21,309 nucleotides of DNA from an uncultured virus (IMG/VR IMGVR_UViG_3300015606_001060) (Duplodnaviria; Heunggongvirae; Uroviricota; Caudoviricetes). The notes beneath the pieces were generated by a model. That model was not told where the DNA came from. It was given only the letters and a program-made list of their open reading frames with translations, and did not search any database. Every line of letters starts with the position of its first letter. The first letter of the stretch is position 1. Both the position numbers and the translations under genes were made by a program. Of the stretch, positions 16,598 through 21,309 are shown in pieces. Where the stretch lies: the IMG/VR virus record IMGVR_UViG_3300015606_001060; one strand, given 5' to 3'.

Positions 16598-16966
16598 ATG
16601 AGCAATTCCCAATCTGTTGTTACCGACCTGTCCGACGAAGTGACCGCCTCCCCGGTCGCCGAGAAGCCCGCCAAGGCCGCCAAGGTTGCCGCCAAGGAGG
16701 TCAAGGGCGCCAACGCTGACGGCGAACTGTCCGGTAAGCGTGTCACGCTGACCATCCACCAGACCAGCGAAGAAGGCGGCGACGAGGATGTGTTCATCGG
16801 CCTGAACGGCTATGGATACAAGATCAAGCGCGGCGAGCCGTGCAGCGTGCCGGAAGAGGTGGCCAACATCATCAAAAATGCCGTGACGACGACCATTCGG
16901 CCGGGCAAAGAGGGTGGCGTGACCGAATCGAAGACGCCGCGTTTCGCCTACTCCATCTCGGGCTAA
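16598..16966 (+). CDS. Hypothetical virion-module protein (122 aa)
   Basis: GAGG RBS; DVFIGLNGYGYKIKRGE...VPEEV motif, commonly found after phage capsid genes. Confidence 0.8.
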   Translation: MSNSQSVVTDLSDEVTASPVAEKPAKAAKVAAKEVKGANADGELSGKRVTLTIHQTSEEGGDEDVFIGLNGYGYKIKRGEPCSVPEEVANIIKNAVTTTIRPGKEGGVTESKTPRFAYSISG

Positions 16967-16972
16967 TCGCCG

Positions 16973-17614
16973 ATGGCCGCTAACGCCAGCCTGCACCCAT
17001 ACTGCGCGCCCGAATTGCCGGGCGTGCCGGCGCCAATGCTCGATGCCTACATCAATCGGGCCTGGTTCGACCTCGCCAAGCAATCGCTCTGCTGGAGCGA
17101 GTGGCAGAGCATTGCGCTGCGGGCTGGCGTGGCCACGTATGAGTTGGAAACGCCGAGCGATGGCGCGGCACGCATCCATCTGGTCATCACGGCGCAGCAG
17201 GGTAGCAACATCCTATCGCCGCGCGGCATCGAACAGCAACTGATGTACGACGCTGCCCAAGCGGAGCGTCGCGGTACGCCGAACGGCTATCGCCTGGAGC
17301 AGAACAAGGATTTCATCGTCTATCCGATTCCGCAGGCCGATGACATCGCCTTGCCGATTCGTGCCCTGGTGGCTTTTGTACCGGTGCTGACGGCGACGAC
17401 CATTCCCGACCAGTTCGCCGAAAAGTACCTGGATACCCTGGTAGCCGGCGCCAAGGCCAAGCTGATGGCCATGGTTGGCCAGCCCTGGAGCAATCCGCAG
17501 GCCGCTGCTTACTGGAATGGCGTGTTTGATGCGGGTATCACTGATGCCGTGGTTGAGCGCATGAAGGGCGGCACGCAGGCCGCAATCACCGTTCGCCCGC
17601 GGCTTTTCATGTAA
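16973..17614 (+). CDS. Putative head-tail adaptor / tail tubular protein
   Basis: Position; VYPIP...IPDQFAEKYLDTLVAGAKAKLM...PWSNP pattern. Confidence 0.65.
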   Translation: MAANASLHPYCAPELPGVPAPMLDAYINRAWFDLAKQSLCWSEWQSIALRAGVATYELETPSDGAARIHLVITAQQGSNILSPRGIEQQLMYDAAQAERRGTPNGYRLEQNKDFIVYPIPQADDIALPIRALVAFVPVLTATTIPDQFAEKYLDTLVAGAKAKLMAMVGQPWSNPQAAAYWNGVFDAGITDAVVERMKGGTQAAITVRPRLFM

Positions 17615-17623
17615 GGGGCGCGC

Positions 17624-18193
17624 ATGGCCGTACCGTGCAATCTCGTTCTTCTGAACGTCAAGACGCTGCTCAATGATGCCGGCCTGGTGCATTGGACGCA
17701 GGATGAATTGCTGGCCTGGGGCAGCGAGGGGCAGGTTGAGCTTGTCACGCTCAAGCCGGATGCGGCAACCAAGACGGTGACGCATCAGCTGGTGGCCGGC
17801 GCCCGGCAGACGGCGCCCGCGGATTGCATCTCGATCCTGGATATGCGCCAGAACGATGGCGGCACCGCCATTACACCGTGCGACCGCAATGCGCTCGACC
17901 GATTCCAGCCGGGCTGGATGAAATCGCCGACTGCATCGACCGTCAAGCACTGGATGCCTGACCCGCAGCCGGACACGTTCTATGTCTATCCCGCGCAAAA
18001 CGCCACGCCGGCCAAGGTCATCATCACACACAGCTTTGCGCCGCCCGCCCTGACGGCCAACGGCACGCTCGGCGTGCGCGACATCTATCAGGCCGCCATC
18101 GAAAACTACATTCTGTTCCGCGCGTTCAGCAAGGATGCAGAGCCGGCCAGCGCCGAGCGCGCCATGGCCTACGGCAAAGCCTTCTACGGGTAA
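17624..18193 (+). CDS. Putative second adaptor-like protein
   Basis: WTQDELLAW...FYVYP...AIENYILFRAFSKDAE pattern; position. Confidence 0.65.
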   Translation: MAVPCNLVLLNVKTLLNDAGLVHWTQDELLAWGSEGQVELVTLKPDAATKTVTHQLVAGARQTAPADCISILDMRQNDGGTAITPCDRNALDRFQPGWMKSPTASTVKHWMPDPQPDTFYVYPAQNATPAKVIITHSFAPPALTANGTLGVRDIYQAAIENYILFRAFSKDAEPASAERAMAYGKAFYG

Positions 18194-18198
18194 TCACT

Positions 18199-18549
18199 AT
18201 GCCAGCAGCCATTTACGACTTTGAAATCGAGCAAGGCACCACGCTCAACAAGCAGATGGTGTGGAAGGGCAGCACCGGGGCGCCGGTTAATTTGTCTGGC
18301 TACACGGCCCGCATGCAGATGCGGCCAAGCGTATCGAGCGATACCGTCCTACTCAACCTGACGACCGAGAACGGCGGTATCACGCTGGGCGGCGCGCTGG
18401 GCACGATTACGCTGCACTTCACGGCGGCACAGACGGCTGCGCTCCCCAAAGGCGGCGTCTATGACCTTGAGGTGATTATCGGCGGCAATGTGACGCGCTT
18501 GCTGCAGGGCGCCGTGTCGCTATCCAAGGAGGTGACGCGCAATGTCTGA
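18199..18549 (+). CDS. Putative tail fibre attachment/connector protein (116 aa)
   Basis: IEQGTT...VNLSGYTARMQMR...GVYDLEV...RLLQG...EVTR motif; precedes the fibre gene. Confidence 0.7.
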   Translation: MPAAIYDFEIEQGTTLNKQMVWKGSTGAPVNLSGYTARMQMRPSVSSDTVLLNLTTENGGITLGGALGTITLHFTAAQTAALPKGGVYDLEVIIGGNVTRLLQGAVSLSKEVTRNV

Positions 18550-19702
18550 CATCCTGATTGCGCAAGAGGTTGGCACGGTCGTCGTGATTGAAACGGCGCC
18601 GGCTGAAATCGTTGAGGTGGTGGCTGTTGGCCCGCAAGGCCCGGTTGGTGATGTAAATCCGCAAATGCCGGTGATTCTGGCAGCCACGGAGGCGGCACGC
18701 GATGCGGCGCTGGTATCCAAACTGGCGGCAGCCGCTTCGCAGTCGGCAGCGGCCACCTCGGCGGCCAACGCAGCGACCTCGGAGAGCAATGCGGCGACCT
18801 CAGCAGCCACGGCCACGGCGCAGGCAACGGCTTCGGCAGGCTCGGCGACGGCTTCGGCTGGCTCGGCTGCAGCGGCGCAATCCTCGGCCACGAATGCCGC
18901 AACCTCGGAAACCAACGCTGCGAACAGCGCCACGGCTTCGGCCAACTCGGCGACCAGTTCGGCGAATAGCGCGACGGCGGCACAGGCGGCGCGAACCGCC
19001 ACCGAGTCGGCCCGTGATACGACGCTGGCCACCATTGGCACGGCTGCGCTCAAGGCGAACAACCTATCCGACTTGGCAAACGCTGCCACGGCCCGTAGCA
19101 ACCTTGGTTTGGGTAATGTCAACAACACATCGGATGCCAATAAGCCAATTAGCACAGCGACGCAGACTGCGCTGAATGCCAAGGAGAATACGGCCAACAA
19201 GGGCGTGGCCAACGGTTATGCCGCGCTTGATGCGACAGGTAAGGTTCCTACTGCACAGTTGCCGTCTTATGTAGATGATGTGCTTGAATATGCAAGCCTG
19301 TCTGGTTTTCCTGCAACCGGTGAGACAGGGAAAATCTACGTCGCGCTGGACACCAACAAGACTTATCGCTGGTCTGGTTCTGCCTATGTCGAGATCAGCG
19401 CATCACCCGGCACGACCGACTCACTGACCGAAGGTGCGACCAATCTTTATTTCACCACGGCACGGGCGCGGGCCGCTTTGAGCGCCACAGGCGCCGTGTC
19501 ATACAACAGCGCCACCGGGGTCATTTCAGCCGAGCTTACCTCTGGCTACGCTTCAAAGACAGTCGCTGTGAATACCACTCTTGCCGCCGATACAGAGTAC
19601 GAAACGGGGCGCAATCTGCGCATCAATCACGGCGTCAATCTGGCCATTCCGGCATCAACCAAACTGATCGTGCGCAAGTACGCGGCAGGCTCATCGCTTT
19701 AA
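18542..19702 (+). CDS. Tail fibre protein with Ala/Ser/Thr-rich coiled-coil shaft (386 aa)
   Basis: Stf-like A/S/T repeats; NNLSDLANAATARSNLGL; NTSDANKPISTATQTAL; KGVANGYAALDATGKVP. Confidence 0.85.
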   Translation: MSDILIAQEVGTVVVIETAPAEIVEVVAVGPQGPVGDVNPQMPVILAATEAARDAALVSKLAAAASQSAAATSAANAATSESNAATSAATATAQATASAGSATASAGSAAAAQSSATNAATSETNAANSATASANSATSSANSATAAQAARTATESARDTTLATIGTAALKANNLSDLANAATARSNLGLGNVNNTSDANKPISTATQTALNAKENTANKGVANGYAALDATGKVPTAQLPSYVDDVLEYASLSGFPATGETGKIYVALDTNKTYRWSGSAYVEISASPGTTDSLTEGATNLYFTTARARAALSATGAVSYNSATGVISAELTSGYASKTVAVNTTLAADTEYETGRNLRINHGVNLAIPASTKLIVRKYAAGSSL

Positions 19703-19714
19703 CAGGAGAAAACT

Positions 19715-20776
19715 ATGTCCATGCAACTTGATTCAGCCAGTGGATCCATCACGCTCATCCCGGAGGACGGCGCTGGAAACGTCAATGTCACCGTTCCGCG
19801 CGCCGGGTTCGCCTCGGTGCCAGCCTATGGCCTGTTCGCCAAGGCCGATCCGACGACCGTTGCATTCACCAAGACCGCTGCTGGTGCCGCAAGTATCAAG
19901 GCAGGCACCAAGGTAGATGTGGCTGGTACGCTGGTGCAGTTCGGCAGCGCGACGGCCATCACCATGCCGACCCTAACGGCAGGCACCGATTACGCCATTT
20001 GGGTCAAGGACGACGGAACCATTCAGGCGTCCAGCGGCCACACATCAGCACCCGGCGCCGGTAACTGGCGCAAGATCGGCGGCTTCAACTACGCGCCGGG
20101 CGGCCTGGCGACAGGCACCAGCGGCGGCGATACCACACCGCAGATTCTTGCCGGGACGTTCTGGGACTTGAAATTCCGCCCAGCCTGCTCTGATCCGCGC
20201 GGCATGAAGTTGGTGGCTGATGCGTTTTGGGCAGACCTCTGGATGCTCAATACCGATCCTGCCGTCAATGGCACGTCAAAATATGGCGCGACCATCGCCG
20301 ACGGCAGTAGCCCGCCGAAAGTGCCATCCGCATTCGGCGGTAATGGCACGACGACATACCCCGACGGGAATTGGTGGAACATGGCCGAATGCCTCAGCGC
20401 TTATGGCAAACGGCTGCCGACCTATTCCGAGTTCGCTGCCCTTGCTTATGGAACTACCGAGGCCACGTCACGCGGTACGGATCCCGGTACGTGTCAAGTC
20501 GATGCCGCCCGCACCTCGCAGCATGTGTTCCAGGCCACGGGGAACTTGTGGACATGGGGCGACGAATTCGGTGGCGGCGCAGCAGCAGCAAGCTGGACAG
20601 CGAATACTGGTGGGCGGGGTTCTACTTACCAGATGGAAAACGCCGTGCTGTTTGGGGGCTACTGGGCCAGCGCGTCGAACTCCGGTTCACGTGCCTCGCT
20701 CTGGGTCCACTCGCCCACGCTCTCGAGCGGCGACATCGGGGTGCGCGGCGTCTGTGACCACCTGATCCTTGACTAA
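19715..20776 (+). CDS. mtd: Major tropism determinant-like receptor-binding protein; DGR target (C-type lectin fold C-terminus)
   Basis: Closely resembles recalled BPP-1 Mtd (SIKAGT, LTAGTDYAI, DPRGM, GTSKY, YTANTGGRGS-like, C-terminal RGVCDHLIL); carries the VR. Confidence 0.93.
   Translation: MSMQLDSASGSITLIPEDGAGNVNVTVPRAGFASVPAYGLFAKADPTTVAFTKTAAGAASIKAGTKVDVAGTLVQFGSATAITMPTLTAGTDYAIWVKDDGTIQASSGHTSAPGAGNWRKIGGFNYAPGGLATGTSGGDTTPQILAGTFWDLKFRPACSDPRGMKLVADAFWADLWMLNTDPAVNGTSKYGATIADGSSPPKVPSAFGGNGTTTYPDGNWWNMAECLSAYGKRLPTYSEFAALAYGTTEATSRGTDPGTCQVDAARTSQHVFQATGNLWTWGDEFGGGAAAASWTANTGGRGSTYQMENAVLFGGYWASASNSGSRASLWVHSPTLSSGDIGVRGVCDHLILD
20641..20757 (+). repeat. DGR variable repeat (VR)
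   Basis: Ungapped 117-nt match to 21193-21309 with 16 mismatches, all opposite TR adenines. Confidence 0.97.
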
Positions 20777-20792
20777 GGCGGCGACAGCCGCC
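20737..20792 (+). promoter_or_regulatory. DGR homing signals: GC element, IMH and downstream hairpin
   Basis: CGGGGTGCGCGGCG (20737-20750), TCTGTGACCACCTGATCCTTG (20751-20771), GGCGGC-GACA-GCCGCC (20777-20792). Confidence 0.85.
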
Positions 20793-20808
20793 GGAACGAT
20801 TGTTGAAC

Positions 20809-21189
20809 ATGCAGCCTGAAAAAGAAGTCACGCAATGCTACGAGCAGATGAACATCGTCGAGAAATACGAAACGGTGATCGCCTACCTGTACCCCATTGC
20901 GCAGAATATCCCGCGCAAGCATGGCGTGGCCAAGGCCATGTTCATCGAGTGCCTGCTAGAGCAGGTCAAACTGATTGTGGAGGCCGGGAAGTCTGGACAG
21001 ATTTCCCGCCTTTACGTCGCAGACGCGGGACTCTCGCAACTGCGATTTTGGCTGCGGTTTCTGGTGAGCAAGCAGGTACGCAGCATCACGCCACACCAAG
21101 TCGAGACGGCACAAGTGCTGATCGCGGAGGTGGGGCGCTTGCTGGGTGCCTGGATTGTGAAGCAGAAGCGCAGAGGGCAACATGGATAA
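20809..21189 (+). CDS. avd: DGR accessory variability determinant Avd (126 aa)
   Basis: Closely resembles recalled BPP-1 Avd (YLYPIAQxIPRKHGVA, ADAGL..LRFWLRFL, TPHQVETAQVLIAEVGR.LG.W); lies between VR and TR. Confidence 0.95.
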   Translation: MQPEKEVTQCYEQMNIVEKYETVIAYLYPIAQNIPRKHGVAKAMFIECLLEQVKLIVEAGKSGQISRLYVADAGLSQLRFWLRFLVSKQVRSITPHQVETAQVLIAEVGRLLGAWIVKQKRRGQHG

Positions 21190-21192
21190 ATT

Positions 21193-21309
21193 CGCCGTGC
21201 TATTTGGGGGCAACTGGGACAACACGTCGAACTCCGGTTCACGTGCCTCGAACTGGAACAACTCGCCCACGAACTCGAACAACAACATCGGGGTGCGCGG
21301 CGTCTGTGA
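21193..21309 (+). repeat. DGR template repeat (TR), truncated by the window end
   Basis: AAC-rich copy of VR starting 4 nt after the avd stop. Confidence 0.96.

Larger units (their letters stand above)
19715..21309 (+). mobile_element. Diversity-generating retroelement (mtd-VR-avd-TR); reverse transcriptase outside the window
   Basis: Gene order plus adenine-specific VR/TR divergence. Confidence 0.93.

Noticed and set aside
18720..19010. Repetitive GCN/TCG/ACG-rich DNA resembling a tandem repeat or array
   Set aside because: Explained by the Ala/Ser/Thr-rich tail fibre shaft; no fixed repeat-spacer periodicity, so not CRISPR

Overview
Part of a GC-rich tailed-phage (podovirus-like) genome, probably from a proteobacterial host, with two divergent arms. 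The left arm (76-6967, minus strand) is a tightly packed, probably early operon of about 20 small, mostly unknown genes, including a KorA/TrfB-like HTH. It is driven by a sigma70-type promoter near 7224-7251 and followed by a perfect rrn-type boxA. Five similarly built intergenic hairpins and repeated start-associated motifs punctuate it. The right arm (7298 to the end, plus strand) is the packaging and virion module: small and large terminase, Gp49-like protein, portal, scaffold, N4-gp56-type major capsid, adaptor-like proteins and a tail fibre. It ends in a diversity-generating retroelement (DGR) of the Bordetella phage BPP-1 type: an Mtd-like target gene with a variable repeat (VR), GC element/IMH and hairpin, then avd and a template repeat (TR). 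The 117-nt VR and TR differ at 16 positions, all of them adenines in TR. The reverse transcriptase is expected just beyond the window edge and is not visible. Family assignments come from recalled motifs, not database searches.
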